From positions 1 to 64,000 of the forward strand of contig CAZESS010000010.1 in the NCBI GenBank assembly GCA_964514975.1: 64,000 bases of DNA, read 5' to 3'. Within the stretch, counting starts at the first letter, position 1. Each line of letters begins with the position of its first letter. This document shows positions 10,937-20,835 of the stretch, piece by piece. This DNA comes from an uncultured Thermoplasmatales archaeon. Its GTDB lineage: Archaea > Thermoplasmatota > E2 > UBA202 > DSCA01. The translations under genes and the position numbers were made by a program. The notes below the pieces were generated by a model. It had not been told where the DNA came from. It did no database searches and was given only the letters and a program-made list of their open reading frames with translations.

Positions 10937-11746
10937 CTACCCAACATCAACCACATCGCTGACACGGCGGATGGCCCGTTTGACTGCATCGCTGTCGACG
11001 GTGACCCTGATGGCCTGGCCGGGACAGACGTCGGCGCATCGTCCGCAGCCGCGGCATGCGTCGCCGATGACCGCCCGGCCGTCCTCGATGGCGATGGCGT
11101 CGACGAAGCAGACATCTGCGCATCGTCCGCAGCCGGTGCATGCGTCGCCAACGTGCACCTCGACGCCGTCCATCCGGTGGAGCTTGCCGGCGATGCTACC
11201 ATCGAGCTGCGGGAGCATCAGCCAGAGGCAGCAGCAGGGACAGCAGTTGCAGACCGTCAGCAGCTTTTCGCCGGGATGCGCATTGAGCCACCGGGTGTCA
11301 AGCTTGTTCCTGCCAACCAGGTGTATCAGGCCAGCCTCTCGGCAGCGCCGGGCATGCTCCAGCGCCTCCTCCCTGGATGCCTCGTGGCCGAGCGAGCGGT
11401 CGATGTGCCTGGTTGCCTCGCCCAGGAACAGGCAGCCCAGCTCGAGAGGGTAATCCTCACACTGCGATGCGTCGCGGCAGATGCAGAAGTCCATGATGAA
11501 GCGATGCCTCGCTCTGTCGATAAAATGTTCGACGACCTGCGACGGGACCACCAGAGACTCGGGCTGCTCGACCTCATGGTCTATCTCGATGACGGTGTCC
11601 TTCGGCAGGTAGAAGAGGTCGTCGTGCTCGAACAGCAGCCTGTCAACGAGCCGTCCGACGGGCTTGAAGCGGGTGAGCCTGGCCAAAATGAAGCGGAGCG
11701 GAAACACGGTCTCGATGAGCCGGACGTGCAATGGTCGTTTGGACAC
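10937..11746 (-). CDS. 4Fe-4S dicluster domain protein
   Basis: 'CICR', 'CNCCPCCC' and two CxxCxxCxxxC ferredoxin motifs. Confidence 0.88.
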   Translation of the reverse strand: MSKRPLHVRLIETVFPLRFILARLTRFKPVGRLVDRLLFEHDDLFYLPKDTVIEIDHEVEQPESLVVPSQVVEHFIDRARHRFIMDFCICRDASQCEDYPLELGCLFLGEATRHIDRSLGHEASREEALEHARRCREAGLIHLVGRNKLDTRWLNAHPGEKLLTVCNCCPCCCLWLMLPQLDGSIAGKLHRMDGVEVHVGDACTGCGRCADVCFVDAIAIEDGRAVIGDACRGCGRCADVCPGQAIRVTVDSDAVKRAIRRVSDVVDVG

Positions 11747-11785
11747 GGCACAACAGCAGGAAGGGCTTTTTATTCCTTGCGCCGG

Positions 11786-12718
11786 CTATTCGACGAGCAT
11801 GAGACCGAGCCGGCGGGCATGCTCAACCGCCCGGCGGTATTCCTTCCGCGTGATGCGACGGTCGATGTCGGGGTGCTCGCTCGCCCGGTAGCACGGCAGG
11901 TACTGGTCCATAATGTTCACCGATGCCTCCGGCACATGTTCGGCGAGCCAGTCCAGGATGGGCAGCGAGCAGCATTCAACATGACTGGGCATCACGAGAT
12001 GGCGGACAACCAGGTCGCCCTGGTCTCCAGCGATACAGTGGTTGCGGGTCACGACATCCCAGTAATTGGGGGCGTCGGAGAGCTTTGCTGCGCATGTATC
12101 GCTGCCATACTTGAAGTCGGTGAGATAGATGTCGATGACGCCGTCGAGCAGCTGCATCGTTTCCACGCTGCAGTACATGTTGCTGTTCCAGACCTGCGGG
12201 ACATCGCGGCTGCATGCCCGGAGCACCATCAGGATGTACGGCAGGTTTGGCGTCGGGTCGCCGCCGACCCAGTTGACATTGCGGCCTTCCCGCGTTTCGA
12301 TAACCTCGGCGAGCTGTTCAGGCCGGACGTACATGCCGTGCTGCCGCTTGGAGATATCCCAGTTCTGGCAGAAGATGCATGTGAAGGTGCAGCCGGTGAA
12401 AAAAATGGTGTGCGATGGAACGAGCATGGGCTCCTCGCCATGATGGAGGAACTCCGATGCCACGGCCGCATCGCCAACACCGCAGTAGCCTGCAGTGTCC
12501 GAGCGATCGACGTGGCAGCCTCGCTTGCAGAAATGACAGTCATGATAGATACGTCTGGCCAGCTCGATTTTCAGGTCGAGCAATGACTGCTCGGGCTGCC
12601 CTGCGGGCTGGCGCTGCATCGCGCTGCCGTGCTCCTGCCAGAGCATGTCGATGTCGTCGTCGCTGTCGAATCGTGCGGGGATGTGTTTGCATCGGAGATA
12701 GGCTGCCCGGTCAGTCAT
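11786..12718 (-). CDS. Radical SAM protein, PflX-like (PFL-activase related)
   Basis: 'CTFTCIFCQNWDIS' (CxxxCxxC), 'HHGEEP', 'VGGDPTP', 'VRHLVMP', 'NIMDQY.P'. Start ATG 12718. Confidence 0.9.
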   Translation of the reverse strand: MTDRAAYLRCKHIPARFDSDDDIDMLWQEHGSAMQRQPAGQPEQSLLDLKIELARRIYHDCHFCKRGCHVDRSDTAGYCGVGDAAVASEFLHHGEEPMLVPSHTIFFTGCTFTCIFCQNWDISKRQHGMYVRPEQLAEVIETREGRNVNWVGGDPTPNLPYILMVLRACSRDVPQVWNSNMYCSVETMQLLDGVIDIYLTDFKYGSDTCAAKLSDAPNYWDVVTRNHCIAGDQGDLVVRHLVMPSHVECCSLPILDWLAEHVPEASVNIMDQYLPCYRASEHPDIDRRITRKEYRRAVEHARRLGLMLVE

Positions 12719-13322
12719 CGTCCATCGTTTCCCTGACGATGTCGCCGCCCGGATCGGTTTCATGGAACACCTCGCCCTGGAAGCGGTACAGCCTGGTGTC
12801 GCCGTCCAGCCATGCGTCCGGGGGCAACCCGGCCTTCCAGCATGTCTGCGATATGAATGTTTCCTCATCCCAGCCCTGCGCGACGGGCACCTGTGGGAGG
12901 AGCAGGCCACGGCGGCCGTGCCGTTCGGCGATGAGGCCGTCCCGGCCCACCTCGATGCATGTGGGGTACCGTGTGGGCTCGTCCACCTCGATTTTTTCGG
13001 GCGGGGTCAGCACCGTGACCTCTACGGTAACGTCGTCGAGCTCCCCCGGCTGCAATGGGGAAAAGCGCGGGTCCCGGGTCGCCGACGTGGCCGCCTCCCG
13101 TAACGCTGCGGCGAGCTGCATCGAGGGCGCAGGGATGCCGATGCAGCCTCGCAGGTCGCCGGATGGATGGCGGTTGAGCGTGACAAACACGCCGGCCTTC
13201 CTCGTGAATGGCTTGCCTGCATCCATCGCTGGCACTTCCTCGCCGTAGACATGGGCCGTTATCACCCGTCGGGCGTAGCGGACAGCCCGCTGTCCCTGTT
13301 CGTCTGAGAGCATGGTGTCCAT
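12711..13322 (-). CDS. AMMECR1 domain protein (TIGR00296-like)
   Basis: 'GVFVTL', 'LRGCIG', 'DPRF.P', 'GLLLPQV', 'KAGL'. Start trimmed to ATG 13322. Confidence 0.93.
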   Translation of the reverse strand: MDTMLSDEQGQRAVRYARRVITAHVYGEEVPAMDAGKPFTRKAGVFVTLNRHPSGDLRGCIGIPAPSMQLAAALREAATSATRDPRFSPLQPGELDDVTVEVTVLTPPEKIEVDEPTRYPTCIEVGRDGLIAERHGRRGLLLPQVPVAQGWDEETFISQTCWKAGLPPDAWLDGDTRLYRFQGEVFHETDPGGDIVRETMDDD

Positions 13323-13336
13323 AGCAGCGGCGTTGA

Positions 13337-14791
13337 TTAAAAATCTTTCTCGTCCAGCAGGCGATATCTGCCATAGGTATGCAGTGCCCGGATGCCGTTG
13401 GCGAGACGTTCCGGCGTCCCGTAGACAGGGATGCCCATCTCCTGGATGGCGTCCTCGAGCAGGCTTATCCGGGACACCGGCCGGTAGTATTCGGTGGAGC
13501 CCTGCTCCGTCCTGCCCTCGATTTCGACGCCCAGCGACACCAGGAAGGGCCTGTCGTATCGTGCAGCAAAGCGCTGGAACACGAGCGCGAGCCGGCCGCC
13601 GTCTATCGAGGCCGGGTGCAGGGTGCCGATGGCGATGACGCCGTCGATATCCTGCTCGCCTGCAAGGATGTCCAGCACCCGCCGGTAGTCGTCTGCGTCT
13701 GCATCCCCGCCGAGGTCGATGGGGTTGTGGTGCGATGCATGCTCGGGCAGCTGCTCTGCCAGACGGCGCCGCAGCGCGTTGTCGAAGTCGGCGAGCTGCA
13801 GCCGATGCCGCCAGGGCTCCGGGAGCAGGGCATCGAAGCCGTTGTCCTCGCTGCTGAGCAGGTCGGTTTCCATGACGGCCATGCCGCCGCAGTTGGTCAC
13901 CACCGCGATGCGGCCGTTGCGGAGCGATGGACACCGGGAGAGCGCGGTGGCAGCGTCGATGGTCTGGGCGAGCGTCGAGGTCTGGACGACATGTGTCTGC
14001 CGGAGCACGCCGCGGTAGACGGCCTCGGAGCCGGCCATGGCGCCCGTGTGCGAGGAGGCGGCATCTCTCCCCCGTGCGGAGCAGCCAGCCTTGAGCATGA
14101 CAACCGGCGTCCGGCTGGTGATGTCGGGCATAACCTCGCGGAACGCCCGGCCGTTTTTGAGCGCCTCGACGTAGCCGGCGATGACCGCCGTGTCGGGGTC
14201 GTCGGCCATTGCCTGCATGATTTCGAGTTCGCTGATGTCGGCCTGGTTGCCGTAGCTTACGTAGTTGGAAACATGGCCGAGCTCGTTCATGATCATGAAG
14301 CCGACGCCGCCGCTCTGGGTGACGATGGAGACGTTGCCCTGGGGCGGACGCGCCGATTTTTCCTCGGGGATGAACAGCGTGTCAAGACCGGTGTGGGCGT
14401 TGAATACGCCGAGGCAGTTGGGGCCCAGGATGCGGGTGTCGGTACCCTCGATGATGTCGAGCAGCTCCTGCTCCGCGGCCGTGTTGCCAGCCTCCCCGTA
14501 GCCCGAGGTGACGATGACGACGATGGAGACGCCGGCATCGACGCAGTCCCTGACGGCCTGGTTGGCGATGTGCTGCGGGAGCGACACGACCGCCATGTCC
14601 ACCCGGCCGATATCCGTCACGCGGTCATGGCAGGGCATGTCCATGATGTCGTCGACGCCCGGGTTGACCGGGTAGACGTCTCCTTCGAACCTGGCCAGGT
14701 TCTGCAGGATGATGTTGCCGACCTTGCCCGCCGTGCGTGAGGCACCGACGACGGCGACGCTGTCGGGCAGGAGCAGCTTCTCAAGCGTCAT
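13337..14791 (-). CDS. acdA: ADP-forming acyl-CoA synthetase alpha subunit
   Basis: 'SVAVVGAS', 'GPNCLG', 'QSGG', phospho-His 'SHTGAMAG', 'NPIDL.GDA'. Confidence 0.92.
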   Translation of the reverse strand: MTLEKLLLPDSVAVVGASRTAGKVGNIILQNLARFEGDVYPVNPGVDDIMDMPCHDRVTDIGRVDMAVVSLPQHIANQAVRDCVDAGVSIVVIVTSGYGEAGNTAAEQELLDIIEGTDTRILGPNCLGVFNAHTGLDTLFIPEEKSARPPQGNVSIVTQSGGVGFMIMNELGHVSNYVSYGNQADISELEIMQAMADDPDTAVIAGYVEALKNGRAFREVMPDITSRTPVVMLKAGCSARGRDAASSHTGAMAGSEAVYRGVLRQTHVVQTSTLAQTIDAATALSRCPSLRNGRIAVVTNCGGMAVMETDLLSSEDNGFDALLPEPWRHRLQLADFDNALRRRLAEQLPEHASHHNPIDLGGDADADDYRRVLDILAGEQDIDGVIAIGTLHPASIDGGRLALVFQRFAARYDRPFLVSLGVEIEGRTEQGSTEYYRPVSRISLLEDAIQEMGIPVYGTPERLANGIRALHTYGRYRLLDEKDF

Positions 14792-15459
14792 GCCTCCACC
14801 TCCAGGTAGGCGTCGGCCGCTACCGCATGCTCCACGTCGACCACGAGCGGGTTGACGTCGCCCGCCACGATTCCGGGGTGCCGCTCCAGCATGCGGGAAA
14901 ACATCATGACCGTGTCGACGAGCGCCGCCAGGCTGACGTGCTCGCTGCCGCGGAAGTTCCCGAGCATCGCCCGTCCCCGAAGCTCATGGAGCATGTCATA
15001 TATGTCACCCCTGTTGAGCGGCAGCGCCCGGAAGGCCACGTCCCGGTATATCTCGGTTGACACACCGCCGATGCCCAGGCTGACCACCTGGCCAAAATCG
15101 CGGTCTCTGGTGGTCCCCAGGATGAGCTCGCGGCTGTCTCCGGTGGCGACGTCCTCGCTGACCAAAACGCCCTGTATCGAGGCATCCGGGTATGCCTGGC
15201 GTGCTCGTTCCCGTATGGCCCGTGCTGCTGCGGCGGCGTTTTCCCGCGAGCTGGCATGGGTAACGAGGCGTGCGTCGCTCTTGTGGACGATGTCACGGGA
15301 GCAGATTTTCACATAGACCGGGTAGTCGATGTCTCCAGGTATCTCGTCGTCGGTGAGCAGCGTTTCCCGCGGGCAGGATATACCGGCGTCGCGGAGCACC
15401 TGCTTCGCCTCATACTCGTTCAGTCTGCCGGGCGGCCGGGACCCGCCGTCGTGATGCAT
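14788..15459 (-). CDS. acdB: ADP-forming acyl-CoA synthetase beta subunit (ATP-grasp)
   Basis: 'LNEYEAK', 'HKSD', 'FG.V..G.GG', 'DVNPL'. Confidence 0.9.
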   Translation of the reverse strand: MHHDGGSRPPGRLNEYEAKQVLRDAGISCPRETLLTDDEIPGDIDYPVYVKICSRDIVHKSDARLVTHASSRENAAAAARAIRERARQAYPDASIQGVLVSEDVATGDSRELILGTTRDRDFGQVVSLGIGGVSTEIYRDVAFRALPLNRGDIYDMLHELRGRAMLGNFRGSEHVSLAALVDTVMMFSRMLERHPGIVAGDVNPLVVDVEHAVAADAYLEVEA

Positions 15460-15482
15460 AGGCTGAATATCGGACAGCCTAT

Positions 15483-16433
15483 CTAAAGATTGGGTTGTCG
15501 GTCCCGTTCAGCGCGGAACACCGACAGAAACGCCGGCCTGCCCTCGTATTCGATGATGCGGGTGGCTGCCTCAACCCGTCGGCGTTTGCCGTCCTTGCAC
15601 TTGACGTCGTAGGTCGTAATCGAGGGTATGTCATCGCCTGCGACGGCGCGCTCATATCGGCGCCGGACCTTCTGGACGGCCTCGGGGGTGAGCAGATCTG
15701 ACAGGGACATGTCGGTGAGCTCCTCGGTGGTGTACCCGGATATCGAGGGGTGACCGGCGGCATACTTGATTTTGTCGTCCTGGATGACCGCGATGGTGTC
15801 GTATATCTCGTTGAGCAGCGTCCGGAACAGCTTGTTTTCCCGCTGCATCCGTCGCTCGATTTTTTTCCGGAAGGTGATGTCGGTGCAGGCCATGATGTAG
15901 CGCTGGATGTCGCCGTCGTCCTGAACGGCGGCTACGCCCATGATGAAATCGAAATTTTTGCCGTCGCGGCGGCGGAGCTGTACCTCCTGGTGCTGTATGC
16001 CGCCGCTCTGCGCGCGGCTCATGAGCTCGTTGAGCTGGGCTGTGCTGGCGAACACGGTGGCGATGTCTTTGCCGAGGAGCTGCTGCTTGCCGGCGTATCC
16101 CAGGCTTTCGACGAATGCCCTGTTGCAGTTATGGATGGTGCCATCGGGGGCGACCAGGCAGGCGGGCTGCCGGTTTTGTTCGAAGGCGGCTCGGTATTCT
16201 CCGCCCCGGGTTGCGGCGAGGAGCTCTATCTGTTTGAACAGGTCGTCGAGGTCGAGCTGTTCGAGGAATGCGCCGCGGCGCTCCCGACGGATGTTGGCCA
16301 TGTGAAGCCGGATGGCCTCCTTGCAGAACTCGGCTATGCTGGAGTAGCCGAGCCGGGGGTTGTCTTTGATGTTGCCCCGGAGTTCGTCGTGCAGCGGCTG
16401 CGGCACCGAGATGGTGCTGTACTCTGACATCAT
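15483..16433 (-). CDS. Ribbon-helix-helix (CopG-like) plus two PAS domains; putative one-component regulator
   Basis: N-terminus 'YSTISVP..L.....GYSSIAEFCKEAIR'. PAS motifs 'N.AF...LGY...QLLG', 'RRDG', 'DIT.RK', 'SGYTTEEL', 'CKDG'. Confidence 0.82.
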   Translation of the reverse strand: MMSEYSTISVPQPLHDELRGNIKDNPRLGYSSIAEFCKEAIRLHMANIRRERRGAFLEQLDLDDLFKQIELLAATRGGEYRAAFEQNRQPACLVAPDGTIHNCNRAFVESLGYAGKQQLLGKDIATVFASTAQLNELMSRAQSGGIQHQEVQLRRRDGKNFDFIMGVAAVQDDGDIQRYIMACTDITFRKKIERRMQRENKLFRTLLNEIYDTIAVIQDDKIKYAAGHPSISGYTTEELTDMSLSDLLTPEAVQKVRRRYERAVAGDDIPSITTYDVKCKDGKRRRVEAATRIIEYEGRPAFLSVFRAERDRQPNL

Positions 16434-16529
16434 ATAACATATGCAAAATAGATATATAAATTATACATTCGTAGTGGATAGCGGGTGGACATCCTCAACA
16501 TTTAATAAACGACCGGAGATATACCTCTG

Positions 16530-17708
16530 ATGTATCTCTCACCCGAGCAGGAGCGGATGCTGGACGGCGAGATGGGCGAGGTGACCGCGCGGCTGATGCG
16601 GCTGCTGGTCCGGCTGGGCGACGTGTATGGAGCAGACAGGATGATACCCGTCGAGTCGGTGCAGGTCTCCGGCGTCTCCTACAAGTCAATCGGCGACCCC
16701 GGCCTGACGTTTCTGCAGGACTTCGCCGACAGGGGAGCCAGGGTCAAAACGCTGACGTTTCTCAACCCCGCCGGGATGGACCTGGAAAACTGGAAAGAGC
16801 TGGGCATCCCCCGGGATTTTGCGGAGAAACAGCAGGCCATCATCGACGCGTTTCGGCAGATGGGCATCGTGGTCACCGCGACCTGCACGCCCTATCTGGC
16901 GGGCAACCTGCCGCGCTTCCGGGAGCACATCGCCTGGGCCGAGAGCTCGGCGGTGTCGTTCGCCAACAGCGTCATCGGCGCCCGGACCAACCGGGAGGGT
17001 GGCCCCTCGGCATTGGCCGCGGCCATCACGGGGCTGACCCCCAACTATGGGCTGCATCTCGACGAGGCACGGCAGCCCGACATCCTGGTGGAGGTCGACG
17101 CCGATCTTTGCTGCACGGCCGACTTCGGGGCGCTCGGCCACCATGTCGGCAAAATCGTGCAGAACAAGATTCCCTTTTTCCGCGGTATCTCTCATGGCAA
17201 TACGGACAACCTGAAAGGGCTGGGCGCGGCGATGGCGGCCTCCGGCGCGGTCGCGCTGTATCACGTGGACGGCATGACCCCCGAAGCCGACGGCATGGAC
17301 ACGACGGGCCTGGAAACCATCCATGTCGGCCGGGAGGAGCTCGATGAGACCTATGAGGCGCTGAACACGGGTGAGCAGGCCGACGTGGTCATCACGGGCT
17401 GCCCCCATGCCTCGCTCCGGGAGGTCATCGAGGTCGCCCGGCTGGTCGAGGGAAAAACGCTGACCAAGGAGCTCTGGATTTGTACCTCGCGCTCGACGAA
17501 GGAGGTCGCGGAGCGGATGGGGCTCGGCGAGGTCATCGAGCGGGCGGGCGGCCACATCGTTGCAGATACATGCATGGTGGTCTCCCCCATCGAGGACATG
17601 TTCACGACGACGGCGGTGAACTCGGGTAAGGCCGCAACCTATCTGCCGAGCTTCTGCCAGCAAAAGGTCGTGTTCAACAACGTCAGAAAACTCCTGGAGG
17701 AAGCATGA
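16530..17708 (+). CDS. Aconitase X catalytic subunit (probable phosphomevalonate dehydratase large subunit)
   Basis: 'TCTPY', 'AWAESSAV.FANSVIGARTNREGG', 'GCPH.S', 'DTCMVV', 'NSGKA'. Sits in an isoprenoid operon. Confidence 0.9.
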   Translation: MYLSPEQERMLDGEMGEVTARLMRLLVRLGDVYGADRMIPVESVQVSGVSYKSIGDPGLTFLQDFADRGARVKTLTFLNPAGMDLENWKELGIPRDFAEKQQAIIDAFRQMGIVVTATCTPYLAGNLPRFREHIAWAESSAVSFANSVIGARTNREGGPSALAAAITGLTPNYGLHLDEARQPDILVEVDADLCCTADFGALGHHVGKIVQNKIPFFRGISHGNTDNLKGLGAAMAASGAVALYHVDGMTPEADGMDTTGLETIHVGREELDETYEALNTGEQADVVITGCPHASLREVIEVARLVEGKTLTKELWICTSRSTKEVAERMGLGEVIERAGGHIVADTCMVVSPIEDMFTTTAVNSGKAATYLPSFCQQKVVFNNVRKLLEEA

Positions 17709-18094
17709 AAGCGAGAACCATCAACCCGGGCGAGGCAAGCGGCGAGGCACTTGTCTCGCATGAGCCCATCGGCTTCTACGGGGGGGTCGACCCCGAAACC
17801 GGCATCGTAATAGAAAAAGGGCACGAGCTCGAGGGTGAATGCGTGACCGGCAGGATACTGGTGTTTCCCTGCGGCAAGGGCTCCACCGTGGGCTCCTATG
17901 TCATCTACGGCCTCCAGAAAAATGGCGTCGGTCCGGCAGCGATCGTCAACGAGGAAACCGAAACCATCGTCGCCACGGGGGCCATCCTGGCCGGCATCCC
18001 CTGCATAGACCATGTCGACATCGACGACATCGAAAACGGGGACATGCTGCATGTCGAGGCAGATGAGCGCGACGGCGTGGTGGAGCGGCAATGA
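17705..18094 (+). CDS. Aconitase X swivel subunit (DUF126; phosphomevalonate dehydratase small subunit)
   Basis: 'GGVDPETG', 'LVFP.GKGSTVGSY', 'GAILAGIP'. Confidence 0.92.
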   Translation: MKARTINPGEASGEALVSHEPIGFYGGVDPETGIVIEKGHELEGECVTGRILVFPCGKGSTVGSYVIYGLQKNGVGPAAIVNEETETIVATGAILAGIPCIDHVDIDDIENGDMLHVEADERDGVVERQ

Positions 18095-18828
18095 TAGCGG
18101 TCAAGCTCGGCGGCTCCGTCATCACCGACAAACGCCGGGAATGCTGCTACCGCCGAGGCGCTGCGGAGCGCCTGGCCCGCGAGATGGCCGGCTCCGACCA
18201 GCGAATGCTCGTGGTCCATGGCGCCGGCTCCTATGGCCATCCACAGGCAGAACGCTATGGCCTCCAGACGGGCGGCGGGCCGGACGTGCTGGAGGGCGTG
18301 GCGGTGACCCATGCCGCCGTCCGGGAGCTCAACCTTTATCTGCTCCAGGCGATGCGCACGGCCGGCGTGGCGGCGGTGTCACTGCCGCCGTTTCCCTCGC
18401 TCGACGAAAGCTATGAACGCAAAGCCCGGGAGATAATCGATGCGGGATTGACCCCGGTGACCTACGGCGACGTGGTCGTCCATCCCGACGTGGCCATCGT
18501 GTCCGGGGACCTGTTGCTCCAGCGGCTGAGCGTGGCGCTGCCCGTGCAGCAGGCGGTTTTTGTGACAAACGTGGACGGCATCTACCGGCATCCGGAGCGA
18601 CCGGAGACGCTGATAGCGCGGTGCACCCCGGAGGAGCTCGACGGTGCATTGTACGGCGAGGTCGACGGCGCCGACGTGACAGCGGGGATGGCCGGCAAGG
18701 TGAAAGCTATAAAGGAGATGGCCCATTCCGGTATTGACGTGGCCGTCATCAATGGAAACGAGGCGGGCAGGCTCCGGCAGGCGCTGCAGGGCGACGTCCA
18801 CGGCACCATGGTGAGCATCCATGAATAA
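18091..18828 (+). CDS. ipk: Isopentenyl phosphate kinase
   Basis: 'KLGGSVITDK', 'VHGAGSYGH', 'SGD', 'DVTAGMAGK'. Confidence 0.93.
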   Translation: MIAVKLGGSVITDKRRECCYRRGAAERLAREMAGSDQRMLVVHGAGSYGHPQAERYGLQTGGGPDVLEGVAVTHAAVRELNLYLLQAMRTAGVAAVSLPPFPSLDESYERKAREIIDAGLTPVTYGDVVVHPDVAIVSGDLLLQRLSVALPVQQAVFVTNVDGIYRHPERPETLIARCTPEELDGALYGEVDGADVTAGMAGKVKAIKEMAHSGIDVAVINGNEAGRLRQALQGDVHGTMVSIHE

Positions 18829-19828
18829 ACGGAAGCAGGACCACATCGACATCTCAAAGACAGGGGATGTCACATCGAGCTACAACTACTGGGACGACGT
18901 ACACTTTGTCCACAACGCGCTCCCCGAGATCGACATGGACGACATTGACACCCGGTGGCGGGCGTTCGGCGCCATGATGGACGCGCCGGTTGTCATCGCC
19001 GGGATGACCGGCGGCTGCCCCGACGCCACCTCGTTGAACCGCCGATTGGCGGGGCTCGCCGAGCGCTATGGCATCGGCATGGGTGTCGGCTCGCAGCGCG
19101 TGGCCCTGGAGGACGAGGGGGCAGTGGAAAGCTACGAGGTTATCACGCGCTTCGACATTCCGCTCGTGCTCGCCAACATCGGAGCGCCGCAACTCCTCGA
19201 ATGGGATGATGCAGCCGACCAGGCGGCGCGCGCTATAGAGATGATAGATGCGGACGTGCTCGCCGTCCATCTCAACTTTTTGCAGGAATGCATCCAGGTG
19301 GAGGGCGACCGCCGGGCGAGCGGCGTCATCGACGAGCTGCAAAACCTTGCGGCGTCGCTGTCAACCCCGGTCATGGTCAAGGAGACCGGGGCCGGCATCT
19401 CCCGTGACGTCGCCATGAGGCTCTGCGACACCGACATCGCGGGTATCGACGTCGGCGGCATGAGCGGGACCTCGTTTGCGGCCATAGAGGCCGTCCGGGC
19501 CGGGGAGCGTGGCGACCATGTGCAGGAGGAGCTCGGCCATTTGTTCCGGGACTGGGGCATCCCGACGCCGCTGTCGGTGCTCGAAACCGTGGACGTCTGC
19601 CATGACACGGGCATGGTCGTCATCGCGACCGGTGGCATCCGCACGGGGCTCGACGTCGCGCGGGGCATCGCGCTGGGTGCCGACGCGGCCGGCATGGCCG
19701 CCATGTTCCTGGAGGATGACGCAGATGTCATGTATGAAGCAGTGCTCCGTGGGCTCAAAACCGCCATGTTTCTCACCGGATGCCGCTCGCTCGACGAGCT
19801 GCGGGAGGTGGACGTATGGATGAGCTAA
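18821..19828 (+). CDS. fni: Type 2 isopentenyl-diphosphate delta-isomerase
   Basis: 'RKQDHI', 'GMTGG', 'GSQR', 'HLNFLQE', 'KETGAG', 'WGIPT'. Confidence 0.96.
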   Translation: MNKRKQDHIDISKTGDVTSSYNYWDDVHFVHNALPEIDMDDIDTRWRAFGAMMDAPVVIAGMTGGCPDATSLNRRLAGLAERYGIGMGVGSQRVALEDEGAVESYEVITRFDIPLVLANIGAPQLLEWDDAADQAARAIEMIDADVLAVHLNFLQECIQVEGDRRASGVIDELQNLAASLSTPVMVKETGAGISRDVAMRLCDTDIAGIDVGGMSGTSFAAIEAVRAGERGDHVQEELGHLFRDWGIPTPLSVLETVDVCHDTGMVVIATGGIRTGLDVARGIALGADAAGMAAMFLEDDADVMYEAVLRGLKTAMFLTGCRSLDELREVDVWMS

Positions 19829-20787
19829 TCGGCGCGCTTGCCCCCTGGCGGAAAAAAATCGATGATGCCATCGAGAAGGAGCTTGCCGGCGAGGAGCCCG
19901 CCGTGCTCTACCGGGCGGTCCGGCATCTGCCCGAGGCAGGCGGAAAACGGCTCCGGCCGCTCATCGCCATGCTTGCCTGCGACGTGGTGGGCGGCATGCC
20001 GGACGAGGCGGTGCGCTATGGCGCAGCTCTTGAAATCCTGCATACCTTTACCCTGGTGCACGATGACATCATGGACGACGACGACATGCGGCGCGGGCGG
20101 CCGTCCGTCCACCGTGCGTTCGACGAGGCGACCGCCATCCTTGCCGGGGATACCCTGTTCGCGATGTCGTTCGAAATCGTCACCTCGGGGAATCTGCCGG
20201 CGGACGTGGAACGACGGCTGGCGCACAACATCGCGGTCATGGCCCGGGAGATATGCGAGGGGCAGCAGCTCGACATGAGCTTCGAGACGTGCGACGACGT
20301 CAGCGAGGAGCTGTTCCTCACCATGATCGAGAAAAAGACGGCGAAGCTGTTCGAGCACGCGGCGCTGGGCGGCGCCGTCATCGGATCCGACAGCACTGAG
20401 ATGCAGGATGCACTGCGTGGCTATGGACGTGCGCTGGGCATGGCGTTCCAGATATGGGATGACTGCCTGGACGTCATCGGCGTGGACATCGGCAAGCCCG
20501 TGGGCAGCGACATCCGCGAGGGCAAAAAAACCCTGATGTTCATCCATGCCCGGGAGCACGCTGACAGTGATGGATGGCTGGAGCGGTACGGCGACCAGGG
20601 GGCATCCCGGGAGGACATCGACGGCGTCATCGAGGTGTTCCATGAGACTGGCGCGATGGATGCAGCCATGGACATGGCGAAGCGCTATGCCGGGGAGGCG
20701 GCCCGCTGCCTGGACATGCTGCCGGAGAGCACCGCGCGGCAGCGGCTGGCGCAGCTGTCGTCGTTCGCGGTTTCCAGGGGCACCTAG
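19816..20787 (+). CDS. idsA: Geranylgeranyl diphosphate / polyprenyl synthase
   Basis: 'GGKRLRP', FARM 'HDDIMD', 'GQQLD', 'KKTA', 'FQIWDD'. Start ATG 19816. Confidence 0.93.
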   Translation: MDELIGALAPWRKKIDDAIEKELAGEEPAVLYRAVRHLPEAGGKRLRPLIAMLACDVVGGMPDEAVRYGAALEILHTFTLVHDDIMDDDDMRRGRPSVHRAFDEATAILAGDTLFAMSFEIVTSGNLPADVERRLAHNIAVMAREICEGQQLDMSFETCDDVSEELFLTMIEKKTAKLFEHAALGGAVIGSDSTEMQDALRGYGRALGMAFQIWDDCLDVIGVDIGKPVGSDIREGKKTLMFIHAREHADSDGWLERYGDQGASREDIDGVIEVFHETGAMDAAMDMAKRYAGEAARCLDMLPESTARQRLAQLSSFAVSRGT

Positions 20788-20835
20788 CACCGGGGGTTCC
20801 GCAACTGTTTTATGCCCGTGGCGGGTATCATTGCT

